Assembly: GCA_032128375.1 (NCBI GenBank)
Contig: JAQBGU010000219.1
Span: 1 to 27,547, forward strand
From: Deltaproteobacteria bacterium
GTDB taxonomy: Bacteria; Myxococcota_A; UBA9160; SMWR01
Reading direction: 5' to 3'
Length of the DNA stretch: 27,547 nt
The translations under genes were made by a program, and so were the position numbers. Position 1 is the first letter of the stretch. The number at the start of each line of letters is the position of its first letter. Positions 1-8,145 of this stretch are shown here, in pieces. Below the pieces are notes generated by a model. The model worked only from the letters and a program-made list of their open reading frames with translations. It did not search any database and was not told the DNA's origin.

Positions 1-29
1 CTCGCCGCGGCCGCCAGGAGGACCCCACC

Positions 30-1217
30 GTGAATTTCGAGTTCTCCGCCGAGGAACGCGCCTTCGCCGAGGAAGTCGAGAAGTTCCTCGACGTCCACGC
101 CACGCCCGACGTCGCCGACGTCTGCCGCGAGAACATGGCGCAGATCGTCGACACGCCGGAGCGTCGGGCGTTCATGAAGAAGCTCTCGGGCCGGGGCTGG
201 CTCGGCATGACGTGGCCGAAGGAATACGGCGGCAGCGAAGGCGAGGGCGTCTACGAATTCCTGCTCAACGAATCACTCGCTAGGCGCGGCGCGCCGCAAA
301 TTGGCAAGGGCGTCGGGATCATCGGCAAGACGCTGATTCGACATGGCAGCGAGAAGCTCAAGCGCGAATTCCTCCCGAAGATTCTCGAAAACGACGTCGA
401 GTTCGCGGTGGGTTACAGCGAGCCCAAGGCGGGGTCCGATGCCGCTGCGATGCAGCTCAAGGCCACCCGCGATGAAGAGCGCGGCGGCTGGGTTCTCAAC
501 GGCGAGAAGACCTGGACGACTTCGGCGCATTTTGCCGAGTGGTACTGGGTGGGCGCGCGCACGGACACCGAAGCCAAGAAGCACCAGGGCATCACGTTGT
601 TTCTGGTGCCGATGGATCACGCCGGCCTCGAGACCTCGCCGATTCCGACGATCGGAGACGAGATCACCAACTCGGTTTTCTTTACCGACGTGTTCGTCCC
701 TGACGACTACGTCGTTGGAGAACTGAACCACGGCTTCCAATACATCTCCGAGGCGCTCGACCTCGAGCGATTCACGATGTTCACCTACTCCCCCATCGAC
801 CAGCGCCTCGAAGTGCTGACCGACTTCGTCAAGAGCGAACAGCGCGATGGCGAACCCATGCGCAACGACCCGGTGATCCGTCAGAAGATCGCGCAGCTCC
901 ACACCGAGGCGGAAGTGGCGCGCGTGTTGGGCCTCAAGTTCGTCGCGAAGTCGGATGCAGGCGGCGCGGCTCCGACGAGCGAGGCGTCGATGTATAAATT
1001 GTTCGCGACGGAATTTTCGAAGCGTCTCGCGAACGCATCGATGGATATCGGCGGTCCGGGCGCGCAACTGCGACTCGATACCGAAGATGCGCCCATGCTC
1101 GGCCGCGCCGAATCGACGTATCGATACACGGTGATCGACACCATCGGCGGCGGATCGTCGGAAATCCAGAAGAACATCATCGCGCGCCGCAAGCTCGGCC
1201 TCCCCAAGAATTTCTAG
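30..1217 (+). CDS. Acyl-CoA dehydrogenase, catalytic subunit (ChsE2/ChsE4 = FadE29/FadE26-like)
   Basis: ACAD motifs WPKEYGG, GYSEPKAGSDA, LNGEKTWTT and TIGGGSSEIQKNIIA. Glu246 in ALDLER is at the helix-G catalytic position, and the MCAD-type C-terminal Glu is replaced by Gly. AGGAGG RBS precedes the GTG start. Confidence 0.93.
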   Translation: MNFEFSAEERAFAEEVEKFLDVHATPDVADVCRENMAQIVDTPERRAFMKKLSGRGWLGMTWPKEYGGSEGEGVYEFLLNESLARRGAPQIGKGVGIIGKTLIRHGSEKLKREFLPKILENDVEFAVGYSEPKAGSDAAAMQLKATRDEERGGWVLNGEKTWTTSAHFAEWYWVGARTDTEAKKHQGITLFLVPMDHAGLETSPIPTIGDEITNSVFFTDVFVPDDYVVGELNHGFQYISEALDLERFTMFTYSPIDQRLEVLTDFVKSEQRDGEPMRNDPVIRQKIAQLHTEAEVARVLGLKFVAKSDAGGAAPTSEASMYKLFATEFSKRLANASMDIGGPGAQLRLDTEDAPMLGRAESTYRYTVIDTIGGGSSEIQKNIIARRKLGLPKNF

Positions 1218-1222
1218 CTTCG

Positions 1223-2422
1223 ATGAGTGACGAACGCGTGTCAGCCGGCGATTCGGCAACCACAGGACTACTCGACGGTGTGACGGTGCTCGATCTGTCG
1301 AGCGTCGGGCCCGCATCGCGCGCGTCGCGGATGCTCTCGGACTACGGCGCGCTCGTGGTGAAGGTGGGTCCGACGACGCGCAAGGGTGCCAGCCAGATCC
1401 AGCCGCCGTTCCACACCTACGGGGCCGGCCGCGGGATGCAGCGAACCCGGATCGACTTGAAGAGCGATTCCGGCCGGCGAGCACTGCTCGGTCTGGCGGC
1501 CAAAGCCGACGTTGTGATCGAGAGCATGCGCCCCGGCGTCGCAGCGCGGCTCGGGATCGGTTACGACGATGTGTGCAGCATCAACCCGGGTATCATCTAC
1601 TGCTCGACGAGTGGATACGGCCAGGATGGCCCCTACGCGTCCTGGGCGGGGCACGACATCAACTACCTCGCACTGGCGGGTTTCCTCGATTGTTGCGAAG
1701 CCCGCGCGGATGGCGGCCCGCCGATACCCGGCGCAACCGTTGCCGATAGCGCCGGTGGCGGCATGCAGGCCGTCGTTGCGATCCTGGCGGCGCTCGTCAA
1801 ACGCGGTGATGGCAACCAGGGCCAGTACCTCGACGTGTCGGCTGCCGAGGGTGTGTTGTCGTTGATGAGTCTGTCGATCGACCAGTTCCTTGCGACCGGT
1901 GAAGTCGCTCGGCCCCGCGAGACGCTGCTGACCGGGCGCTACGCCTGCTACGACGTGTATCGGGCGCGGGACGGCAAGTGGCTGTCAGTCGGCGCCATCG
2001 AGCCGCACTTCTTCGCGAACCTGTGCAAGGCGCTGGGTCTTGTTGATCTGATCGAGCACCAACTGGATGACGCCAAGCAGGATGAAATCCGAGAACGCTT
2101 TCGCAACGCCTTTGCGACGCGTGATCGCGACTCCTGGGTATCGGAATTGGCGCCCAACAATACCTGCGTCGCACCGGTGAACTCGATACCCGAACTGGTC
2201 GACGACCCGCATCTGCGCGAACGGCGAATTTTCATGAAGGCCGAGTACGCCGGTCACGGCGAGTTCGAACAGGTCGGACCGGTACTCGCGGGTGGGGAGC
2301 GCCGTCAGCCCAAACACACCGTTCGACTACCGGCTGAGACCGATACCGATGCGCTGCTGGCTGCGGCCGGCTTCGACCCCAGCGCAATCGCAAGCCTGCG
2401 CGCGGAAGGCGCGGTGGAATAA
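1223..2422 (+). CDS. CaiB/BaiF family III CoA-transferase fold, alpha-methylacyl-CoA racemase-like
   Basis: LLDGVTVLDLS, ADVVIESMRPGVAARLGIGYD, SGYGQDGPY, AGHDINYLAL (racemase-type His) and VADSAGGG (Asp). Confidence 0.88.
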   Translation: MSDERVSAGDSATTGLLDGVTVLDLSSVGPASRASRMLSDYGALVVKVGPTTRKGASQIQPPFHTYGAGRGMQRTRIDLKSDSGRRALLGLAAKADVVIESMRPGVAARLGIGYDDVCSINPGIIYCSTSGYGQDGPYASWAGHDINYLALAGFLDCCEARADGGPPIPGATVADSAGGGMQAVVAILAALVKRGDGNQGQYLDVSAAEGVLSLMSLSIDQFLATGEVARPRETLLTGRYACYDVYRARDGKWLSVGAIEPHFFANLCKALGLVDLIEHQLDDAKQDEIRERFRNAFATRDRDSWVSELAPNNTCVAPVNSIPELVDDPHLRERRIFMKAEYAGHGEFEQVGPVLAGGERRQPKHTVRLPAETDTDALLAAAGFDPSAIASLRAEGAVE

Positions 2423-2441
2423 TGAGGGAGCCCGACGCCAG

Positions 2442-2954
2442 ATGACAGATCAACTGCCCGAGGAAGTGGAATCCTGGATCGGTCAGGTGCGATACGAGGA
2501 GCCGACAGAGTTCGAAGTCGAGCGCGGCTACATCTTCACGAGCTGCGCCTCGGTAGAAAACGGCAACCCGCTGTACTGGGACGATGCCGTCGCCGACGAG
2601 CTCACCGACGGTGTCACCGCGCCGCCCACGATGCTGTCGGCCTGGTTTCGGCCTCACCACTGGGCGCCCGGGCGAACCAAGCAGGCCCAGCCGCTTCAAG
2701 TTCACTTCGACCTGAAAGAGACGCTGGGGCTCCCCGAAGCCGTGATGACCGACAACGAGATCATCTTCGGAGTTCCGGTCCGCCCCGGTGATCATTTGCA
2801 TACCCAACAGGTCCTGCGCTCGGTCAGCGGTCCCAAGACGACCAAGCTCGGGACCGGACGCTTCTGGGTGATCGAAGTGCAGTACCTCAACCAGCACGAT
2901 GAGATCGTCGGGACCGAGTCGTATACCGGCTTTGGATATGGGAGGAAGCCCTGA
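2442..2954 (+). CDS. MaoC-like hot-dog dehydratase, ChsH2 N-terminal-domain-like (no DUF35)
   Basis: NPLYWDDAVA, APPTML and SGPKTTKLGTGRF resemble the ChsH2 MaoC half. Start placed at ATG 2442 after GGAG (2427-2430), because the longer ORF overlaps the previous gene. Confidence 0.82.
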   Translation: MTDQLPEEVESWIGQVRYEEPTEFEVERGYIFTSCASVENGNPLYWDDAVADELTDGVTAPPTMLSAWFRPHHWAPGRTKQAQPLQVHFDLKETLGLPEAVMTDNEIIFGVPVRPGDHLHTQQVLRSVSGPKTTKLGTGRFWVIEVQYLNQHDEIVGTESYTGFGYGRKP

Positions 2955-3436
2955 TGGCACAGGCGCAACTCTTGTTGGCTGGCGACGTTTCCGTCGGAGA
3001 CAAGCTTCCGCTGTTGCCGGTCGACGTGTCGGCAACGACGGTCATCCTGGGGGCGCTCGCGACGCGCGACTGGCGACCGATGCACCACGACGTCGACTTC
3101 GCGGTCAATCGCAACGGTACTCGGGACATCTTCATGAACACGCCGAACCTGGCTGCATGGTTCGAGCGCTATTTGACCGACTGGAGTGGGCCACGCGGCC
3201 GGCTCGGGCGGATGAAGTTCCGGATGAGGGACTCGATTTTCCCTGGAGACAGGATGGTGTTTGGCGGTACCGTGACGCAAATCGAAACGGATGACACCGG
3301 ATGTTGTTGGGCAGAAATTTCGGTACAAGTGACCGTGGGGGACAAGACGCCGACGGACTGCGCGGTGAGGATCGCGTTGCCGTCGACGCCCGACGACAAC
3401 CCGTGGAAGCGCCGAGCTGACGACTGGAAGCCCTGA
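2954..3436 (+). CDS. MaoC-like enoyl-CoA hydratase, ChsH1-like catalytic subunit
   Basis: ALATRDWRPMHHD (D-x4-H hydratase-2 dyad), DIFMN and RYLTDWSGP resemble ChsH1. TGATG stop/start overlap with the upstream gene. Confidence 0.85.
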   Translation: MAQAQLLLAGDVSVGDKLPLLPVDVSATTVILGALATRDWRPMHHDVDFAVNRNGTRDIFMNTPNLAAWFERYLTDWSGPRGRLGRMKFRMRDSIFPGDRMVFGGTVTQIETDDTGCCWAEISVQVTVGDKTPTDCAVRIALPSTPDDNPWKRRADDWKP

Positions 3437-3552
3437 CGATCTCGCGCTGCCGAAATTCGGCTCTTCTCGGAGCCGCGCACGCAGTCGAATCGGCTCTTGC
3501 GGCGAATGGGCCTTTGCAAAAAAAAAAGACAGCCAAAAAAGAGGAACGCTAA

Positions 3553-4686
3553 ATGGATCTGGATTTCAGTGACGAGCAGGAGATGCTCCGCGACATGGTG
3601 CGCGGAATGTGTGCGGAGTACTCATCGGTCGATGTCGTCCGGAAGTTGGAAGACGATCCGACCGGCTATTCCGCGGATTTCTGGAAGCAGCTGGCCGAGT
3701 TGGACCTGCTGGGGCTGACGCTTCCAGAAAACTACGGTGGTTCCGGCCAGTCGATGCTCGAGGCTGCGATCGTGTACGAAGAATTCGGGCGGGCACTGGC
3801 GCCTTCGCCGCACTTCGTCAGCGCCATTCTGGCTGCTGGCGCGATCCTACGCGCAGGCAGTGACGATCAGAAAAATGCCTGGCTCGCAAAAATTGCCTCG
3901 GGCGATGCCGTACTCACGCCCGCGTGGCTCGAACCTCGCAACGGCCAGGGACCGCGCGGTGTCGGGCTCCGCGCGGCGATGGACGGCGACCACTATGTGC
4001 TCTCCGGCAGCAAGCTTCACGTTTCGTTTGCGAGTTCGGCCAGTCGTCTGCTGGTGCTGGTCCGCGTCGGCGACGGCGACCGCGACATCGACCTGTTGCT
4101 GGTCGACCCGAAGGCGCCCGGAGTCGAACTCGTCCAACAGATGAGTCTGGCGTCCGACACCCAGTACAAAGTCGTGTTCGATCACGTGCGCGTGCCGCTA
4201 GCTGACCGCGTAGGTGCCGCGCAGTCGGGATGGGCCACCTGGGATGCTGTGATGCACGACGGCATCATTTTGGCGGCTGCGTTCGCGATGGGTGGAGCGC
4301 GGCGTGCGCTCGAAATGACCACGCAATACGCCAAAGAGCGCGAGCAGTTCGACAAGCCGCTGGCCGCATTCCAGTCGATCGCCCACTACTTATCCGATGC
4401 CGCCACGGCTGTGGAAGGCGGGAGCACGCTGGTGTACGAGGCCGCCTGGGCGCGGAGCGAGCAGCGCCCCGTGTCGAAGCTGGCTCCCATGGCGAAGCTT
4501 TTTGCCTGCCAAACTTTCCGCGACGTGACTGCGATGGGTCAGCAGGTTTACGGAGGGGTCGGTTTCTCGCTCGAGTACGACATCCAGCTCTACTTCCGCC
4601 GCGCCAAGCAACTACAGCTGTCCTGGTGGGATTCGCGGTATCTCGAGGAGCTGATCGCCGCTGATGTGCTGGACGCGGACCAGTAG
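3553..4686 (+). CDS. Acyl-CoA dehydrogenase, probable non-catalytic partner subunit (ChsE1/ChsE5-like)
   Basis: MDLDFSDEQEMLR, LPENYGG, YAKEREQFDKPLAAFQSIAH and YGGVGFSLEYDIQLYFRRAK. No Glu seen at either catalytic position, and the first FAD motif is degenerate (AWLEP). Confidence 0.9.
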   Translation: MDLDFSDEQEMLRDMVRGMCAEYSSVDVVRKLEDDPTGYSADFWKQLAELDLLGLTLPENYGGSGQSMLEAAIVYEEFGRALAPSPHFVSAILAAGAILRAGSDDQKNAWLAKIASGDAVLTPAWLEPRNGQGPRGVGLRAAMDGDHYVLSGSKLHVSFASSASRLLVLVRVGDGDRDIDLLLVDPKAPGVELVQQMSLASDTQYKVVFDHVRVPLADRVGAAQSGWATWDAVMHDGIILAAAFAMGGARRALEMTTQYAKEREQFDKPLAAFQSIAHYLSDAATAVEGGSTLVYEAAWARSEQRPVSKLAPMAKLFACQTFRDVTAMGQQVYGGVGFSLEYDIQLYFRRAKQLQLSWWDSRYLEELIAADVLDADQ

Positions 4687-4961
4687 GGAGTTCGTTCCGC
4701 GGTCTTTCCACCCAGGAACCCGCCCCAAGATGGGTCCGGCTGCGAAATCCTTCGCCGACCCCTCTTGGGTAACGCTGCTAGCTTCCGTCTGGTGTTGCCT
4801 GCTCGTTTATGGCGCGAGCGCCCAAACGCGCTGACGCTGGCTCCCAGCGTAAAAAGACTTGCGGACCCGTAGACTTCTTGCTCCCCGACTTCGATTCGTG
4901 TTACTACGGACATGAACCTGGGGGAAGGTTCTGTGCGGCCCGCAGTGGGATCCAGTCGAGT

Positions 4962-5043
4962 GCTGAAAGCCGAAAGCCGAAAGCCGAAAGCCGAAAGCCG
5001 AAAGGCGAAAGGCGAAAGGCGAAAGCCGAAAGCCGAAAGCCGA
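4962..5043 (+). repeat. Heptamer tandem array GCTGAAA-(GCCGAAA)5-(GGCGAAA)3-(GCCGAAA)2-GCCGA
   Basis: Read directly: 11 full units plus one partial, intergenic. Confidence 0.97.
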
Positions 5044-5113
5044 GGGGCAACCGAAAGTGTCAGAACTGAAGTCGATGAAATAACCGCACATCCAGCCCCC
5101 ATAGCTCCAAACG

Positions 5114-6862
5114 GTGCAGCTTCTGAAGAAGTCGCCCCTGCAGAGTGACGAGCCCATCCGGCAGCGATCTTCGTTCGCTGCGGCCGATGCGATCGCTCTC
5201 GGGATCGTCGCGATGGGCTTCTGGCTTCGGCTCGGTTCGATACGCGACTACTGGAACAACGCGGACGAGGGCATCTATTACCAGATTGCGCACGCGCCTT
5301 CGGCGATTGCGAATTCGGTCATCGCCGCGAACGCTCATCCGCCGCTCTATTACTACCTGCTCCGCGCCGTAGGCAGTGTGTCTGACGATTTTGTCTGGTT
5401 GCGCGTACCCGCGCTGGTCTTCGGAACGCTTTCGATCGCGGCTCTCTACCGGCTCGGAACGAGAGTTGGCGGCTCTGTGTGCGGAATCGCGGCAGCCTTG
5501 GTGATGGCGCTATCGCCGGGTGCGATCGAGTTGTCCCAGGTCGCACGGCCCTATGCACTCCAGTTGTTTCTGCTGATCGGGGCGACCGGGGTGCTGCTTC
5601 GTTACTTGCGGAGCCGGCGGGTTCGCTTGCTCGTCGCTTATTCCATCTGGATGCTTGCGGCGGTACTCACCCACTACAGTTCATTTCTGGTTTTGACGGG
5701 CTTCGGTGTCGTGCTCGGGGCCACCGCCATCTTCCGTCACTTCAGCGCCCGCGAATTGCGCGACCTTGCGATCGCCCACGCACCGGTGTTGTCGGCTTGC
5801 GCCGTGCTGTATGCGTTCCACGTTGAACCCGTGCTGCTCGATAGCGCGATGCGACGCGAAGCGCTGGGTAGTTGGATGGGCGAGTATTTTGTTGCTGGTC
5901 CGGTGGAATTGTGGCGAAATTTCGTCGGTGTGTTCGACTACCTGACCGGACCAACACTCGCGGGCGTTGGGGCGATGACGTTTCTGATCTCGGTCGGGGC
6001 GTGCCTGCGGGGGAAGCGATTCGCGCTGGTGGGCGTGTGTCTTTCGGTGGTGTTCGTCGCGGCGTCCGCGTCCGCGGTATCGCTCTACCCGTTCGGGGGA
6101 ACTCGCCATTCCGCCTACCTGGCTCCGTTTCTTGCGCTGACCATGGGAATGGCCACTGCTGTCGCGTTCTCGATGGGAAGTCGCGCCGTGGTGGGGGGGG
6201 CGCTGCTACTGGCGTTGATCACCATCGCGCGTGCCCCGCTTTCGCTGGCCATCGGGGTGACGCCACGCGGGGCCGTCGAGCAACCGGAGTTCGAGATCAG
6301 ACGGGCGGAAGTCGATACACTTCGCCGCTCGTTCGAGCAACTTCGGACTACGCCGGGCATCGTTTTCATGGATCTCTCCACGGCCTACACACTGCTGCCG
6401 CTGATGCGCGAAGGCGCGATGGCGTCGGAGTGGGTCTTGACAGCAGATTGGCGTCGACTCGTATGGGGCACACGCCAGGTAGTCGTGATCCCGCAATGGT
6501 ACATGGCAGTCGGCGACGAACGGATCAACGCACAGAACCATCTGTGGTCGAGCATTCGGCTCGCACGCGATCACCCCGGCTTGGCCCTGTTGTTGGAGCT
6601 AGACCCACTTGTGGTCAGCACTGAAGGGAGGGCGCTGCCGATTTCGATTCGCTCGCTGTCGCGAGACCGCGCCGAACGTCGCGCGGTACTGGAGGACATA
6701 TCGCGCACCGCTCACGTGAGCGTGTTCCGGCTCGACGTCGAGGAATACCAGCAGCAGCTTGCGCGCCAGGTGCGGAAGCGCAGCGCCGAACGGCGGAACG
6801 CCGCCGCCGACGGAGCCGACGAGGAGCCTTCGGAACAAGAGCAATTTCTGATCGCGAACTGA
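5114..6862 (+). CDS. GT-C fold membrane glycosyltransferase (PMT_2/ArnT/GT39-like)
   Basis: N-terminal TM followed by WNNADEGIY (DE motif), NAHPPLYY, LRVPALVFG and SQVARPYAL, many hydrophobic helices and a soluble C-terminus. Start uncertain. Confidence 0.85.
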   Translation: MQLLKKSPLQSDEPIRQRSSFAAADAIALGIVAMGFWLRLGSIRDYWNNADEGIYYQIAHAPSAIANSVIAANAHPPLYYYLLRAVGSVSDDFVWLRVPALVFGTLSIAALYRLGTRVGGSVCGIAAALVMALSPGAIELSQVARPYALQLFLLIGATGVLLRYLRSRRVRLLVAYSIWMLAAVLTHYSSFLVLTGFGVVLGATAIFRHFSARELRDLAIAHAPVLSACAVLYAFHVEPVLLDSAMRREALGSWMGEYFVAGPVELWRNFVGVFDYLTGPTLAGVGAMTFLISVGACLRGKRFALVGVCLSVVFVAASASAVSLYPFGGTRHSAYLAPFLALTMGMATAVAFSMGSRAVVGGALLLALITIARAPLSLAIGVTPRGAVEQPEFEIRRAEVDTLRRSFEQLRTTPGIVFMDLSTAYTLLPLMREGAMASEWVLTADWRRLVWGTRQVVVIPQWYMAVGDERINAQNHLWSSIRLARDHPGLALLLELDPLVVSTEGRALPISIRSLSRDRAERRAVLEDISRTAHVSVFRLDVEEYQQQLARQVRKRSAERRNAAADGADEEPSEQEQFLIAN

Positions 6863-6951
6863 TCGTCGTCAACGCTACTCTGCGTTCAGTCGCATCGAGT
6901 TCTGCTCGCACCCGGGCAGAACGACGCATCGAACGAAGCGGAGAGCTGACA

Positions 6952-7575
6952 ATGGCATTGGATATCGCGAACCTGGTGGATCCTCGCCACACGGCACTCG
7001 TAACCCAGGAATGCCAGCGTGCTGTGATTGGGGATTTGTCGGCGCTTCCCAATCTGGCTGAAGCCGCCCGCGGTGAGGTGATCTCGAACATCGCTGAACT
7101 CGTCGAAGCGGCTCGGAAAGCCGAGGTACCGGTGATTCACTGCATAGCCGAGCGCCGTGCGGACGGGCAGGGAGCGAATTCCAATGCGCGCCTCTTTCAG
7201 TATATGGCTCGTTCACCGGTGACACTGATTCCTGGATCGCCGGCGGCGGAGATCGTCCCGGAAATTCGTGTCGCTGAATCGGACCTGGTTCTGTCGCGCC
7301 TGCACGGGTTGTCGCCGTTTCAGGGGACCGAACTCGACTTCGTATTGCGCAATATGGGGGTAACGACTCTCGTCGGTGTTGGCGTTTCGGTCAACGTCGC
7401 AATTCAGAATCTCGCGTTCGACGCGGTGAACGCTTCGTATCAGGTGGTGATCCCGACCGATGCCGTTGCCGGCTTTCCCGAGGAGTATGTCGAAGCAGTA
7501 TTCGCGCACACGCTGGGTGCGATATCGACACTCGTCACCACCGCAGATCTCCTTGCGGCTTGGTCAGCGCTGTAG
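6952..7575 (+). CDS. Isochorismatase / cysteine hydrolase family protein (atypical triad)
   Basis: DPRHTALVTQECQ, ARKAEVPVIH, SPFQGTELDFVLRNMGVTTLVGVGVSVN and YQVVIPTDAVAG. GGAG RBS. Confidence 0.88.
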   Translation: MALDIANLVDPRHTALVTQECQRAVIGDLSALPNLAEAARGEVISNIAELVEAARKAEVPVIHCIAERRADGQGANSNARLFQYMARSPVTLIPGSPAAEIVPEIRVAESDLVLSRLHGLSPFQGTELDFVLRNMGVTTLVGVGVSVNVAIQNLAFDAVNASYQVVIPTDAVAGFPEEYVEAVFAHTLGAISTLVTTADLLAAWSAL

Positions 7576-7626
7576 TGCCGTGGAGAGTGCCGTGGAAAGT
7601 GCCGTGGAGAGTGCCGTGGAGAGTGC
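7574..7626 (+). repeat. 12-bp tandem repeat (AGTGCCGTGGAR) x4 plus AGTGC
   Basis: Read directly. Begins within the TAG stop of the upstream gene. Confidence 0.96.
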
Positions 7627-7663
7627 GTTATCCCGCTCTCGATGTCCTATGCTGGCTGCGAAT

Positions 7664-8011
7664 ATGACGAACCAACCCGTAGTCGACGACCGGAAAGCGA
7701 AATTTTCGATCGGCGAAGTCGTTCGCCACCGCTCCTTCCCATTCCGTGGCGTGATCTATGACGTCGACCCGACGTTCGCGAATACCGAAGATTGGTGGCA
7801 GTCGATCCCAGAGAGTGTCCGGCCGGCCAAAGACCAGCCCTACTACCACCTGCTCGCAGAAAACGAGCAGACCACCTATGAAGCCTACGTTTCCGAGCAG
7901 AACCTGCTCGTCGACGAGACCGGCGAGCCTTGCCGGCATCCACTCGTCGACGAACTGTTCGATTCGACCCATGACGGGCGTTACGTCGTGCGCAGCCGGA
8001 CCGCCAACTAG
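7664..8011 (+). CDS. hspQ: Heat shock protein HspQ / YccV-like domain protein
   Basis: AKFSIGEVVRHRSFPFRGVIYDVDP, PAKDQPYYHLLAEN, AYVSEQNL and HPLVDELF. Start set at ATG 7664. Confidence 0.92.
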   Translation: MTNQPVVDDRKAKFSIGEVVRHRSFPFRGVIYDVDPTFANTEDWWQSIPESVRPAKDQPYYHLLAENEQTTYEAYVSEQNLLVDETGEPCRHPLVDELFDSTHDGRYVVRSRTAN

Positions 8012-8145
8012 CCGTCGGGGATAGGTTTGCGGAGTCGAATTTGCCGCTTCGAGGCGACAGCTTCCTCACTGTCTGACCCAAGACCGGCGCGGCTTCTAGC
8101 CGCGGTCGCTACACGCAGCGCCGGAAGACGGGAGTAGAAGCGCTC

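Noticed and set aside
273..1484. Long antisense or alternate-frame ORFs (also 18513-20297, 10760-11710, 20706-21641)
   Set aside because: Shadow ORFs typical of high-GC DNA, overlapping well-supported genes and lacking motifs.
4834..4855. Intrinsic terminator
   Set aside because: The hairpin is followed by A5 on the plus strand, so neither strand has a U-tract 3' of the stem.
4962..5043. Resemblance to the hammerhead core (CUGAUGA-GGCC-GAAA-GGCC-GAAA) or a c-di-GMP-I riboswitch
   Set aside because: The sequence is CTGAAAG, not CTGANGA, and I see no stems I/III or riboswitch architecture. A simple tandem repeat explains it.
4590..5157. Small ORFs with KPKAESR or LSAFGFR repeats
   Set aside because: They result from the stop-free heptamer array read in several frames, with no other coding evidence.
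7574..7626. Possible CRISPR array (also considered for the heptamer arrays)
   Set aside because: Units are 7-12 bp, directly abutting, with no spacers and no cas genes.
7460..7663. N-terminal AVES-repeat extension of HspQ
   Set aside because: It overlaps the upstream gene and runs through the VNTR. HspQ similarity starts near 7664.
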